Counted from the stretch's first letter, positions 41,691-52,306 are shown. The stretch: 64,000 nt of DNA from an uncultured Planctomycetaceae bacterium (GCA_963976765.1 CAXBME010000003.1:124001-188000); one strand, 5' to 3'. Notes: generated from the sequence alone by a model not told the origin. Translations and numbers: made by a program.

Positions 41691-43940
41691 CTACTTCGCA
41701 AGCAGCCAGGCAACTGCCGAATCGACCGCGTTCTGTTGGCCGGATGACTGAACGGCATCTTTTGCGCCAGACGCCGTGTAGGCAGCCCCCACGACTTTCG
41801 GTGTTTTCCCGGCTTCGCCGCCGATCCACAACGGGTGCGGAGCCGAAAGCGCGAGCAGTGCGGGCAGGTCTCCGTACTTGACGGCACCAATCAGAAAATC
41901 AGGATGTCTGTAGTCTGTCAGTTCCTCGAAGCGGAACCCCTGCGTGTCGACAGCCAGTTTGTCGATGGTGTCACCAGCAACTATTCGGGCAGCCGCGACG
42001 ATTGGGCCTGCGCCGTTTGTTCCGATCAGGTTGAGCCGTTTGGGTTCGTGCTCGTCGTTGCCGACCCACGAAATCAATGTGAGCACGTCGTGGACTCGCT
42101 GCACGAAGAGCGTGTCGTTGTAGCAGTAGGTGTAGGCCGCGGCTTCGCGAGGATTGCTGACGACAGCCTGTTGAGTCAGCGGCTCACCACTGCCGAGAAA
42201 CTCGCCCTGACCAAACAGGTCTGCCGAAACGATCGAAGCACCGGCATCCAGCAGTCGGACCACTTCATTGCGGACATCCCCCGTTTCAGTAAACAGGCCT
42301 TGCTTGCCTTGGCCATCGATCCAGATCACGACGTCGCCATTCCATTTTGCTCCGGTCGGAAACAATGAAATGACGGGCAGTTCTTCGCCTTTTGAATCGA
42401 GGCGAACAATGTCTTCAAAATAGAGAAATCCATTTCGCTTCCGCTTGTCGACCTTAGTCCGCTTGAGGTCGTCGTAATCGGGGAGGCTGCGACCAATGAT
42501 CGTCTGGAATGCCTGTCCGACAACGTCCCGATATTTCTGCAAAGAGTCTCCGTCGTGCGGAGTCAAAGCCGTGATCTGCTCGTCTGACTTTTGCGCGAGA
42601 TATTTCAGCAACGATCGTTCATAGTCGTCGCCGCCTTCCGGTTGAGGATGCTCGTCGTTCCAGACTTTGTTCTCCTCAGCGGTCAGGAATTCAAAGTCTT
42701 CTTCGACGATCGGTTCTTTCAGCTTCAACTTGAGATGTTTGTTAAACCACGAATACATCGTGGCTCGCGACACGTAGTTGTAGTTGTGAGGAAAATGGAG
42801 CAGCGGACGGCAGTAAACGTTGTCTTTCGCTCCGAGCATTCCATAAAGCTGCTGCAACTGCGGATAGCCTTTGGTCATCATTTCCTTCGTCCAGTCGTTG
42901 GCCGCGGTCATGGCCTGTGGCCTGGGAGCAAACAGCGCGGCCAGCTCAACGTTGCCTGAGCCGACTCTCAACTGCGAACAGTTCTCGCAGGTGCAACCGC
43001 CCTGCATCGAGGTCGAGACCATTCCGTTTGGAAACGCAGCGACAGGACGAGGGTCGATCGCGCAAAGCAGGATGGTCTGAGTGCCGCCACCGCTTCCACC
43101 CGTGACCGCCATTCGCGACGCATCAACATCCGGCAGCGTTTCCAGAAAATCCAGACAGCGGATCGAGTTCCATGTTTGAATACCCATGATACTTTGCAGT
43201 CGCATTTCGGCCTGAGTGCTGAACAGTCCCCAGTTTTCTTTGCCTTCGAATTCGGGTCGCTGCTTCGCGAAGCGATGAGCCAGCTCATAAGAAATCTGCT
43301 GACTGTCCGCGTAGCCGAGCATGTCAAAGATAAAGACGACGCACCCCATTCTCGCGAGCTGGGCGCAGCGGGCGAGCTTCGGGAAACGACCGGAACTTTC
43401 AAAACGTTCAGCCCCGTCGACGATCAACTGGCGAATCGTCTTCTCGCCATAGTCCTGCAACCTTCCTCCGTGACCGTGCGGGCAAAGTACGGCTGGTCGT
43501 TTTACGTTCTCCATTCCGTCGTCCGGCCGAAACAGCAGCCCGGTGACGAAGTGGTCAGGCACTGATTCGAAATAGACCTTCTCGACGGTGAAACCGGGGC
43601 GTCCGAATTTGCCATGAACAACTGCGTTGAGCGGTGTTTTTCCCGGCATCGGCCACAGACCGGTTGCAATTAACGTTTGACGGCGAAGTTCAGTCGCTCG
43701 AGCTTCCCACGCCGCTTTTCCCTGCGGAACTTCGAAGGGGAAGTACCCATTGAGATCTTTTCTCGGTTGCAGCCGACTGTCGTTCGGAAGCTGACCGGCT
43801 TCAAAGACGTTCGTGTCCTGCGCGATGGCTGGTAGCGAGGGCAAACCTGTCGCCATCACCAGGGTAATCAGGATGCCTCTCTCGAAAAAACCTGAAAGCG
43901 CTGAGCAAACCTGGCGGTGGAAGCGGGCGGGAATTCGCAC
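41691..43940 (-). CDS. Secreted two-domain alpha/beta-hydrolase (acetyl xylan esterase-like)
   Basis: VEKVYFES, LCPHGH, TGGSGGGTQT nucleophile, GGCTCEN, HNYN; start GTG 43940 with GGAG RBS. Confidence 0.85.
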   Translation of the reverse strand: MRIPARFHRQVCSALSGFFERGILITLVMATGLPSLPAIAQDTNVFEAGQLPNDSRLQPRKDLNGYFPFEVPQGKAAWEARATELRRQTLIATGLWPMPGKTPLNAVVHGKFGRPGFTVEKVYFESVPDHFVTGLLFRPDDGMENVKRPAVLCPHGHGGRLQDYGEKTIRQLIVDGAERFESSGRFPKLARCAQLARMGCVVFIFDMLGYADSQQISYELAHRFAKQRPEFEGKENWGLFSTQAEMRLQSIMGIQTWNSIRCLDFLETLPDVDASRMAVTGGSGGGTQTILLCAIDPRPVAAFPNGMVSTSMQGGCTCENCSQLRVGSGNVELAALFAPRPQAMTAANDWTKEMMTKGYPQLQQLYGMLGAKDNVYCRPLLHFPHNYNYVSRATMYSWFNKHLKLKLKEPIVEEDFEFLTAEENKVWNDEHPQPEGGDDYERSLLKYLAQKSDEQITALTPHDGDSLQKYRDVVGQAFQTIIGRSLPDYDDLKRTKVDKRKRNGFLYFEDIVRLDSKGEELPVISLFPTGAKWNGDVVIWIDGQGKQGLFTETGDVRNEVVRLLDAGASIVSADLFGQGEFLGSGEPLTQQAVVSNPREAAAYTYCYNDTLFVQRVHDVLTLISWVGNDEHEPKRLNLIGTNGAGPIVAAARIVAGDTIDKLAVDTQGFRFEELTDYRHPDFLIGAVKYGDLPALLALSAPHPLWIGGEAGKTPKVVGAAYTASGAKDAVQSSGQQNAVDSAVAWLLAK

Positions 43941-44339
43941 AGTGAGATCTCCATCGGGGTGAGTTGACGTCTTCACAAAGTGATTTCCGTGCGTTGTGCA
44001 CGCATCATCCAGAATGAGGTCTGGCATTTCCTCGGGTAACAAATCTGCCTCGCCGGGAAGGCCCATGAGTATTGCAACGGCGCCTCGCCATGCAATCGAA
44101 AGCTGAGATTTGGTCTCATGTGATTCGAGTTTCAAATTATTGTCACGATCCGTCGACGTCTGACTGGTGTCATGAGTTAATGACCTCGTAATCTTCGCGA
44201 CGTCACGCTTCACTCATTTCTGAGACGAAGTGTGTTGATCATCAAACGTGCCGACTGTCACTCTGAACGTCAGGAGGGTCGGAGACATGTAACCGCGGAC
44301 GGATCGGTTCCGCAGAATGCTCAGAAGAAGGAAAGACTG

Positions 44340-44804
44340 ATGTCAGATTCAAATGTGAAAGAAGAAATCATCCGCGAGCTGAGTGTGGCTTACTGGATGG
44401 AGCTGGAGACAGTGATGAACTACATCTCCAGCTCAGTCAATCTGGATGGAGTTCGCGCTGAAGAGATCAAGAAGTCGTTGGCCGCCGACGTGACTGCCGA
44501 GCTTGTTCACGCTCAGACAATCGCCAAACGAATCAAGACGATTGGTGGAACGGTTCCCGGCACGTTCGATTTCAAAGCGGTGCAAACCAGCCTGCAACCA
44601 CCGGCCAAGAACACGGACGTCGTCGCTGTCATCAAGGGCGTGATCGAAGCTGAAGATGCCGCCGTCGCTCAGTACAACAAGCTGATCAAACTCTGTGACG
44701 GAGTCGACTACGTGACTCAGGATCTCTGCATCCAGGCTCTCGGCGACGAAGAAGAACACTGCCGCGAATTCCGAGGCTTCCTCGCCGAATACGAAAGCGC
44801 GTAA
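44340..44804 (+). CDS. Ferritin-like di-iron protein
   Basis: E..., ELVH, AE..A..Y, EEEH four-helix ligand pattern. Confidence 0.85.
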   Translation: MSDSNVKEEIIRELSVAYWMELETVMNYISSSVNLDGVRAEEIKKSLAADVTAELVHAQTIAKRIKTIGGTVPGTFDFKAVQTSLQPPAKNTDVVAVIKGVIEAEDAAVAQYNKLIKLCDGVDYVTQDLCIQALGDEEEHCREFRGFLAEYESA

Positions 44805-44848
44805 CGAGTTTTCTGAAAACAGGATGCCCCGAAATCAGGACGCCCCAC

Positions 44849-44897
44849 GGAGCCCGCCGCAGCACTGCTCGATTCAGTGTGCGAGGGCTCCTTTTTT
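44849..44897 (+). terminator. Terminator of the ferritin-like gene
   Basis: GGAGCCC...GGGCTCC-TTTTTT. Confidence 0.65.
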
Positions 44898-44917
44898 ACG
44901 CAGGACTCATCTCGATC

Positions 44918-44998
44918 GTGTTCTGCTGGATGGCCACAGAAGGAAACAATGCCTATTCCGGGGCCAGTTCCTGCACAGAAACCATGAAAATGGTCTAA
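44918..44998 (-). repeat. TTAG-anchored dispersed repeat, copy 3
   Basis: Reverse complement TTAGACCATTTTCATGGTTTCTGTGCAGGAACTGGC...CAGCAGAACAC. Confidence 0.8.
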
Positions 44999-46263
44999 GC
45001 ACTGAGGCCGGTCAGTGTGCCCTTGCCGCTGGAGAACTCGTCCACTTCCAGCTGAAGGTGTTGCAGGAACGAGACCAGCAGGTTGGACATCGGCGGCGAC
45101 TTTTCTTCACCGAAAGCCAGGTGTTGTCCGTGCTGGAAACGACCGCCAGCCACGACGATCGGCAGGTTGGTGTTGTTATGGCTCGAGGCGTTGCCGAGGT
45201 TTGACCCCAGCAGGATGGCTGTCTGATCCAGCACGGAATGCTCGCCTTCTTTGATCGCCGCCAGGTTCTGCAGGAATTCACCGAACAGTCGCATCTCTTC
45301 TTTTTCGATGATGGCCAGCTGCTCGATCTTTTCCGGCGATCGCCCATGATGGCTCAGGTTATGCCAGCCATCGTCAACGCCTTTCAGGTTGACGACTTCG
45401 TTGCCGCCAGGACCTTTCAGCGTGATCAGTCTTGTGGAGTCTGTCTGAAGCGCCAGCGTGATCAGGTCAAGCAGCAGCTTCATGCGACCACTGAAGTTCG
45501 CTCGGTCGTCGATGTCTGTCGGTGTTTTCTGATTGACGACAGGCTTTGGTCGCTTCGCCCAGTCTTCTGCAAGAACGAGTCGCTGTTCGAGTTCCCGCAC
45601 ACTCGTGAAGTATTGATCCAGCGTCTGCTGATCTTCGCGGGCGGTCTTTTTCTGAATTTCCCGAGTCTGGCTGGCGACCAGATCGAGGATGCTCTGACCG
45701 TCTTTGACTCGCCGCAACTGAGCGGCTTTTTCAGATTTGGAGCCTTCCAGAAACAGCTGCTGAAAAACCTGTGACGGTCGACTTTCAGCAGGAATCAGAA
45801 CACCTGACCGGGTGTAGGACATCCCGCCGTTGCCGCCCGAGAGTGACAGAAACGGGAATCGAGTCCGGTGACCGATTCGCTCGGCGGCGAACTGGTCGAC
45901 AGAAATCGTATTGCGAAAACTCGGCTGCCCTGGATGAGCCGCTCCTGTCAGGAAGCTCTTTTCCGCTGAGTGGCCGCCGTCGACCATCGGGTGCATCAGC
46001 CCGGAAATGACGCTGAATTTCTCACGGACCGGCTGCAGCGGTTCCAGGTAAGGAGTGACGTCATAGTCCCGCCCGGCCTTCTCGGGAAAAAGGTGTGGAG
46101 TATGAATTCCCAGTGGGGCACAGATCGCGACCATTCGCCGAGCTTCTCCTTCGTCGTCCGCAGCTCGCAGCGCCGATGGCGTCATGCTTTGCAGAAGTGG
46201 AAGCCCGAGAGCAACTCCGGACGACCGTAGAAACGTACGCCGGTCGAGTTTTCGTAAAGCCAT
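44995..46263 (-). CDS. DUF1552 protein
   Basis: DRRTFLRSSGVALGLP, SVDQFAA, ALQTDSTR, HNLSHH, LGNASSH. Confidence 0.9.
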   Translation of the reverse strand: MALRKLDRRTFLRSSGVALGLPLLQSMTPSALRAADDEGEARRMVAICAPLGIHTPHLFPEKAGRDYDVTPYLEPLQPVREKFSVISGLMHPMVDGGHSAEKSFLTGAAHPGQPSFRNTISVDQFAAERIGHRTRFPFLSLSGGNGGMSYTRSGVLIPAESRPSQVFQQLFLEGSKSEKAAQLRRVKDGQSILDLVASQTREIQKKTAREDQQTLDQYFTSVRELEQRLVLAEDWAKRPKPVVNQKTPTDIDDRANFSGRMKLLLDLITLALQTDSTRLITLKGPGGNEVVNLKGVDDGWHNLSHHGRSPEKIEQLAIIEKEEMRLFGEFLQNLAAIKEGEHSVLDQTAILLGSNLGNASSHNNTNLPIVVAGGRFQHGQHLAFGEEKSPPMSNLLVSFLQHLQLEVDEFSSGKGTLTGLSA

Positions 46264-46385
46264 TGTGAGTTTCCTGTAGCCGGACTCGGAAAAGCAGGTG
46301 GGAATAAGATTCGTGGGGCAGGTTTCTAACCAGTCTCGGCAGAATTTAATTCTGCCCCGCAATTTGACAATTAATTCAGGGACAG

Positions 46386-48782
46386 TCAGGGACGATGAAA
46401 AAGTTCGCTCTCGATGACGGCATGAATCATCGAGCGTAATCCCAGCTGTTTCGATCGTGAAGCTGCTACCACCGATTCGACTGACGATCGTTCGCTGTGC
46501 GCTACCGGGCGGCCGCAGCCATAGACCAGCAGTTTTTCAGCAATTGCCTGTGCAATTGTGTGGGGGTCTTCCAGGAGCCGTTTTCGAAATTCAACAAAGC
46601 CGTCGAAAGTTCGGCCGTCGGTTAGCTCGCCACCCGATTCGACAGACAGGCCGGCGTAGTAATTTGTCTTCGCAATTTTCTGGCTACCGCCCTTGCCTTC
46701 AAGCGATCGGTACCACTCTCGCTGTCCGCCGATGACGTCGAACTCTTCCAGCGCAAAGCCCGGCGGGTCGATTCGAACGTGGCATCGGTTGCAGGATTCG
46801 TTCTGGCGGTGAAGCTTGAGTTGTTCACGGATGGTCGTCGCGCCCCGGATGTCCGGCTCGACAGCGGGAACACCTGGCGGAGGCGGGGGAGCCGGCTGTC
46901 CCAGCAGCTTGTCCAGAACCCAGACTCCGCGCAGCACTGGCGACGTGCTCGTTCCATTCGCGGTAACTTTCAGAATGCTCGCCTGCGTGAGCACTCCACC
47001 GCGAATACTGTTCGGCGGTAGCTGAACGATTCGAAAACCTTCGTGACCTTGTACTCCGGCAATTCCGTAATGATTCGCCAGACGCTGGTTCAGCACCGCA
47101 AAATCTGAATCCACAAAGTTGAGCACGCTCATATCTTCTTTCAGCAGGTGCCGGAAGAAGCCGCGGGTTTCCGCCAGCATCGATTGCAGCAGCAGGTCGT
47201 CGTACTCGGGGTACAGTTTTTTGTCGGGCGTTGTGAATTCAATGTCCCGCAGGTTGAGCCACTGTCCAGTAAAGTTGTCGACGAAGCGTTCGATCTTCGG
47301 GTCGTTGATCATTCGCTCGACCTGAGCAAACCGGATCTTCGGATCACTGAGTCTGCCTTCTGAAGCCAGCTTCAGAAGTTCGTCGTCCGGCATCGACGAC
47401 CAAAGAAAATATGACATCCGTGATGCGAGCGTGAAGTCGTCGACTTCGTTCTCCTGATTGATCAGGAGAAAGTGCGGTGAGCAGAGCACGCCGGTAACTC
47501 CGGCTCGCACGGACTGCTCGAAGGTGTTGCCCTGGTCAAGCCGAGACAGCGCGAGTGCCACGAACTGATCCGTCAGCCCGGCATCCACCGGTCGCCGAAA
47601 TGCTCGCGGGACCAGGTCGCGAATAATTCGTTCGACATCGACTCGCGGCTGGCTGGAGTCGACATGATGCAGTTTCACGCCGCGCCGATGCCGCATGTAG
47701 ATGCTCTCGCCCTCAGCCATCGTGAGCGACTCGGACGTGCCAAACAGTTTTGTCTGCGACTCCGCCGGAAAGCTCTGATCCAGCGGCCCGTAAGTTTCCG
47801 CCCATGCGATTGCCACTCCTGGGCGTTGCTCTTCCTTGTCCCGCCAGGTGACGTGCTCAGGATAAATCCACGGCAGAATTTGCAGTGCATGGGACTCGCC
47901 CATGTAAGTCGTGAATTCGATAATGCGAGGTTTATCCGGTGTCCCTGTTACGTCGAAAACGCCATTCAGTTTTCGTTTACCATCTCCGAACAGCGGGCCG
48001 GTAAAGACGGCGACACTGAGCGTGCGGCTTTCGCCCGGCTCATGGGGCCAGACGGCCACACGGCAGCGATAAACTCCGTTCTCGATCGGGTGAGCATCGT
48101 CGACTCGCGCCGGCGGCCACCCAGGAGTGAAGTCAACGTACGCGCCGTTCGACTCGATCACCCCGCCCTTCTTTCCCTTGACCGACGCAATGTTCTCTTT
48201 GAAATCCATCAGGACCGCACGTCGAGTCGCTGGTGGCAACGGCTTGATTCGTCGAATCGCGCTTTCAAAAGCGACGTCGGCTGCTTCCAGGTACCGCTCC
48301 ATCAGGATGGAAGAAATACCAAGACCTCCGGCGACATTATCAAATCCCTGCACCTGACCATCTTCCGGGAGCAGCGACGCCAGCGACGCATCAATGCCCA
48401 GCAGGTCGTGCACCGTGTGTTCGTACTCGACCCGGTTCATGCGACGGACTGCTGACACAGGTCTGACCACACGAGCCAGTTCGTCGCTGATCCATTTCAG
48501 CACTTCCCGTCGTGCGGCGGCGTCTGGTCGAGGCTGCTGCTTCGGAGGCATGTCGCCTGATTCGAGCATGTCGGCGATCAAGGACCACGTTTCGGCAGAC
48601 TCAACGGCTGGCTGCGGAAGGTTGTCCAGACGCAGATCTCCCTCCTGCCGGTTCGCCCCGTGGCACATCACGCAGTGCTGAGTGAAAAACGTTTGAGGGT
48701 CACTCGCTGTCGCGGTTTGCCCGCTGAGCGATGCAACAAGACAAACGACGAAAGGACAGACTGACGTTTTGAGAATTTGCAT
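46386..48782 (-). CDS. DUF1592/1588/1587/1595/1585 planctomycete cytochrome c-like protein
   Basis: CVMCH and CNRCH haem motifs; RRMNRVEY; LASRMSYFLWSSMPD; TSPVLRG; paired with DUF1552. Confidence 0.9.
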   Translation of the reverse strand: MQILKTSVCPFVVCLVASLSGQTATASDPQTFFTQHCVMCHGANRQEGDLRLDNLPQPAVESAETWSLIADMLESGDMPPKQQPRPDAAARREVLKWISDELARVVRPVSAVRRMNRVEYEHTVHDLLGIDASLASLLPEDGQVQGFDNVAGGLGISSILMERYLEAADVAFESAIRRIKPLPPATRRAVLMDFKENIASVKGKKGGVIESNGAYVDFTPGWPPARVDDAHPIENGVYRCRVAVWPHEPGESRTLSVAVFTGPLFGDGKRKLNGVFDVTGTPDKPRIIEFTTYMGESHALQILPWIYPEHVTWRDKEEQRPGVAIAWAETYGPLDQSFPAESQTKLFGTSESLTMAEGESIYMRHRRGVKLHHVDSSQPRVDVERIIRDLVPRAFRRPVDAGLTDQFVALALSRLDQGNTFEQSVRAGVTGVLCSPHFLLINQENEVDDFTLASRMSYFLWSSMPDDELLKLASEGRLSDPKIRFAQVERMINDPKIERFVDNFTGQWLNLRDIEFTTPDKKLYPEYDDLLLQSMLAETRGFFRHLLKEDMSVLNFVDSDFAVLNQRLANHYGIAGVQGHEGFRIVQLPPNSIRGGVLTQASILKVTANGTSTSPVLRGVWVLDKLLGQPAPPPPPGVPAVEPDIRGATTIREQLKLHRQNESCNRCHVRIDPPGFALEEFDVIGGQREWYRSLEGKGGSQKIAKTNYYAGLSVESGGELTDGRTFDGFVEFRKRLLEDPHTIAQAIAEKLLVYGCGRPVAHSERSSVESVVAASRSKQLGLRSMIHAVIESELFHRP

Positions 48783-49175
48783 GGGACACTCAAGGCCACT
48801 CAATTGAAACCGCTGGCTGCCTGGCGATGTTGCCTCAATCCGATCCGGCAGACCTATCGATGCATTCTGACCTTTCCGTTCCGCCGGGTGAAGTGCATGG
48901 AAGCTTGCGAGGTGATTCTTCGTTTTTATCCTGAGATCAGTAGATGGAACTGCGGCGTTGTCAGATTAAAGGTTCGGAATCGACTGCGAGAGTGAGTGGC
49001 AAGCGCAAGCGATTCGTCGTCAGGATCGCTGGCCAATGCCGGGAATCATCGTGCGAAGCTGTCATTCTGGTCGAAAATGCAGAACGTTCGTCCGCAGCGA
49101 CAGCTTGCGGCGAAAGCACCGCAGGACAGCCCATCGCACTTTACGGTAAGCGAAGAGAACCCCGGATTTGACGAG

Positions 49176-49191
49176 TGGCGTGCTGCTTGCC
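49176..49191 (+). promoter_or_regulatory. Candidate sigma54 promoter for the KS-ACP unit
   Basis: TGGCGTGCTGCTTGCC (GG-N10-GC with TTGC). Confidence 0.4.
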
Positions 49192-49376
49192 GACGTCTAT
49201 AACAGCCGCTAATCTCCGCTGCTTTCCGCGACTGAGCGGATTTCTGCGCACGCCCTGCGTGTTTGTTCTGATCATACTTCGCACGTTACGAAGCCGGTCG
49301 CCAATGTCGGCCCCGTTTCAATCAACCCCAGGTTGCACGCGGAAAACTGTACCGAATTGACGGGACCCGCAGCTCG

Positions 49377-50627
49377 ATGACAAATGCGGAAATGTACAAT
49401 AGCCGGATCGTGATTACGGGCGTTGGGCTGACCAGCCCGATCGGTGATTCGTTGACCGATTTACGGACGAATCTACTCGCCGGTAAATCGGGTGTCACGG
49501 AGTTTGAAACGCGATACATGCCGCCGGTGCTCGCTGGTGTGTGCCACTTCGACGCGCTGAAATATCAGAAGCGCAAGGAAGTCCGTCGCGGAACTCGAGC
49601 TGGCTCGATTGCCGTTTACTGTGCGAATGAAGCCATCAACGATGCCGGGTTTGACTGGGAAAACGTCGCCAGGGATCGCGTCGGCGTCTATCTGGGAATC
49701 ACCGAGCACGGAAATGTCGAAACCGAAAACGAAATTTACGAAATCGGTAAATTCGGCTACGACACTTCGGTTTGGTCGCATCATCACAACCCGCGCACTG
49801 TCGCCAACAATCCGGCTGGTGAAGTGACACTGAGTCTCGGCGTGACCGGTCCGCATCTCACGGTCGGAGCAGCGTGTGCGGCTGGAAATGCCGGGTTTAT
49901 CCAGGGATTGCAGATGCTGCGTCTCGGCGAGGTCGACATGGCCATTGCTGGTGGCGTCTCAGAAAGTATTCACACGTTCGGGATCTTCGCCAGTTTCAAG
50001 AGTCAGAACGCCCTCGCTCACCACGACGATCCGACAAAAGCCTGCCGCCCGTTTGATACCGGGCGAACGGGAATCGTTGTCGCCGAGGGAGGAGCGATCT
50101 GCACGCTCGAACGACTGCCGGACGCATTGGCGCGTGGTGCAAAGGTTTACGGCGAAATCGTCGGGCACGCGATGAATTCGGACGCCACCGATTTTGTACT
50201 GCCTGATCGAAATCGCCAGTCGCAATGCATCGAACTGGCTCTGAAACGTGCAGGACTGACTCCACAGGACATCGATATTGTCAGCAGCCACGCGACAGCG
50301 ACCGAGCAGGGAGATATCGAGGAGTCATCAGCGCTGGCGGCTGTCTTCAAAGATCACCCGAACGTCGCGATAAACAACACCAAAAGCTTCATCGGTCATG
50401 CGATGGGAGCGGCCGGAGCGATCGAGTTGCTGGGCAATATTCCCGCGTTTGACGATGGAATTGCCCACGCTACAATCAACCTCGATCATCTCGATCCGAA
50501 CGTTCCGCTCACCCAGATCGTTGCTAACGAGCCACGGCAGCTCGACTCTGTCGACTGTATCCTTAACAACTCGTTTGGCATGCTGGGTATCAATTCAGTT
50601 CTGATTGTGAAGAAGTATCAGGACTGA
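49377..50627 (+). CDS. Beta-ketoacyl-ACP synthase (FabF/FabB-like)
   Basis: Cys-His-His triad: AACAAG, SHATAT, KSFIGHAMG; NNSFG. Confidence 0.92.
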   Translation: MTNAEMYNSRIVITGVGLTSPIGDSLTDLRTNLLAGKSGVTEFETRYMPPVLAGVCHFDALKYQKRKEVRRGTRAGSIAVYCANEAINDAGFDWENVARDRVGVYLGITEHGNVETENEIYEIGKFGYDTSVWSHHHNPRTVANNPAGEVTLSLGVTGPHLTVGAACAAGNAGFIQGLQMLRLGEVDMAIAGGVSESIHTFGIFASFKSQNALAHHDDPTKACRPFDTGRTGIVVAEGGAICTLERLPDALARGAKVYGEIVGHAMNSDATDFVLPDRNRQSQCIELALKRAGLTPQDIDIVSSHATATEQGDIEESSALAAVFKDHPNVAINNTKSFIGHAMGAAGAIELLGNIPAFDDGIAHATINLDHLDPNVPLTQIVANEPRQLDSVDCILNNSFGMLGINSVLIVKKYQD

Positions 50628-50823
50628 GCTTCTCTCCACTGATCGCTGGATGCTTTGCGGTCAGAGCATGGAATTCATCGCGGTTCTTCCGCTTTGATTG
50701 GGGTACAAGGGACTGTCAACTCGATATTCGAGCGAGCCGGTCCGAGAAGATTTCGAATTACGAAAACTGTTTCGAACAGTTCATTACCACACAGGACAGC
50801 GACGATAACTGGAGGCAGGTTGG

Positions 50824-51087
50824 ATGGCACCGGAGCAGATCAGGCAGGTAGTTCTCGACATTCTCGCTCGGATTGCTCCGGATGAAGACCTGTCGGACCT
50901 CGACGATGCGGTCGCATTTCGCGATCAGATGGAACTCGACAGTATGGACTTCCTCGATATCGTCATGGAACTCCGAAAAATGTACCGCGTTCAGATCCCG
51001 GAAGAGGACTACGAAAATCTGGTCACGATGGCCAGCACCGTCAGCTACCTGACCCCTCTGCTGAAGGATGTAGACAACCCGGCCTGA
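50824..51087 (+). CDS. Acyl carrier protein
   Basis: LDSMDFLDIVMEL phosphopantetheine site; RBS GGAGG. Confidence 0.92.
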   Translation: MAPEQIRQVVLDILARIAPDEDLSDLDDAVAFRDQMELDSMDFLDIVMELRKMYRVQIPEEDYENLVTMASTVSYLTPLLKDVDNPA

Positions 51088-51118
51088 ATTTATTTCGCCG
51101 CAGAACGAACATCTAATC

Positions 51119-51151
51119 AGCCCGCTTCTTTTCGGAAGGAGCGGGCTTTTT
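51119..51151 (+). terminator. Terminator after ACP
   Basis: AGCCCGCTTCTT-TTCG-GAAGGAGCGGGCT-TTTTT. Confidence 0.85.
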
Positions 51152-51913
51152 TCGTCGGTATAATTGGCTGAGCCAAATCAAGCGGACGAGCACATTCACG
51201 ATTGCCCTGAGAGCAGAACTGCGACCGCTGGCTCGTCAGTTCCTGTCGTGTGGGTATCGTCCGGAAGTTATTTCGAACACGTTCCTCAAAACTTCATTGG
51301 TTGTTCTGATGACTGTTGGACGAAATTCTGGATCATCTCACATGGTGACTGGTCAGAATTCGTCGAGCCTTTCGTGCAAGGCCGAATCATGAACGTCATT
51401 TTGTTGAATGTGTGGCTCGTGGCTCAAAAAGTGGTACGTCTTTCAGAAATGAATTCAGGAACAGGCTGCGCATCGCCGAAATCCTGTCAACTCAGCAGAA
51501 CCACCCGCCACGAAACGACGGGCCTGGAGCATTTTCGGAATTTGTTACCCGAAACATCTGACACCAGCACGAAGCGTTCGAGTCTGCGGCTTTTCGTTGT
51601 CTCGAAAAATTTAAAGTCGATTCGACAACTCTGTCGTGTGAGTTAACGAAGAGCTGATTCGGACTGAATTCGCAGTCCAAACAGGCTGAAATCGTCGCCT
51701 GTCGGGCATTTGAAAAGCTCCACAAGAGGAGCTTGACAAAGAAGTTTCCCTCAAATTATCAATCGCCCGGACGACGGGAAGCGGTCGCCCTTTGAGGAAA
51801 AAAACACCGTTCAGGCATTTTGAAAACCCGCCTCAAACCGTGACGTAGGTTGACTCGTCAGCACCCTTGAGCATGCCGATGGCAGTGCATCACTCTGATA
51901 CGGAGCTACAGAT

Positions 51914-52216
51914 ATGCATATTTCACTAGACGAAGAAATCTGGTCCAGCGACTCTGCTGGTGACTGCGGCACAGACCTGTGCGTTGCGCCCCTTGCATCG
52001 ATCGACGATGACGACGAATACGGGGTCGACGACTACGATGATGATGACGACGACGAGGATGAGGACGACGACCTCGACGACGACGATGATGATTTTGATG
52101 ACGACGATGAAGAGGACGACGACGATCTGGACGACGACGATGATGACGATTTCGACGAAGATGATGACGACGACGACGATTTTGACGACGATGATGACGA
52201 CTTCGACTTTGATTAA
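51914..52216 (+). CDS. Hyper-acidic poly-Asp small protein
   Basis: GGAG RBS, ATG...TAA; irregularly mixed GAC/GAT codons; TTGACA box at 51733-51738. Confidence 0.7.
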   Translation: MHISLDEEIWSSDSAGDCGTDLCVAPLASIDDDDEYGVDDYDDDDDDEDEDDDLDDDDDDFDDDDEEDDDDLDDDDDDDFDEDDDDDDDFDDDDDDFDFD

Positions 52217-52306
52217 GTCGTGCCTCGACAGTCACAGCCGGTCGATTTGCCGCTGATCAGTTTGTGCCGTTTGCCAGATTCGGTCTTGTGTCAGCCTGCG
52301 AGACGA

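Noticed and set aside
51164..51646. 160-aa ORF in an AT-richer gap
   Set aside because: TTG start, no motif, atypical composition; more likely regulatory DNA
51906..52256. Arg/His-rich (minus) and Thr/Met-rich (plus) ORFs over the GAY tract
   Set aside because: Alternative frames; third-position variation is synonymous only in the Asp frame, which also has the RBS
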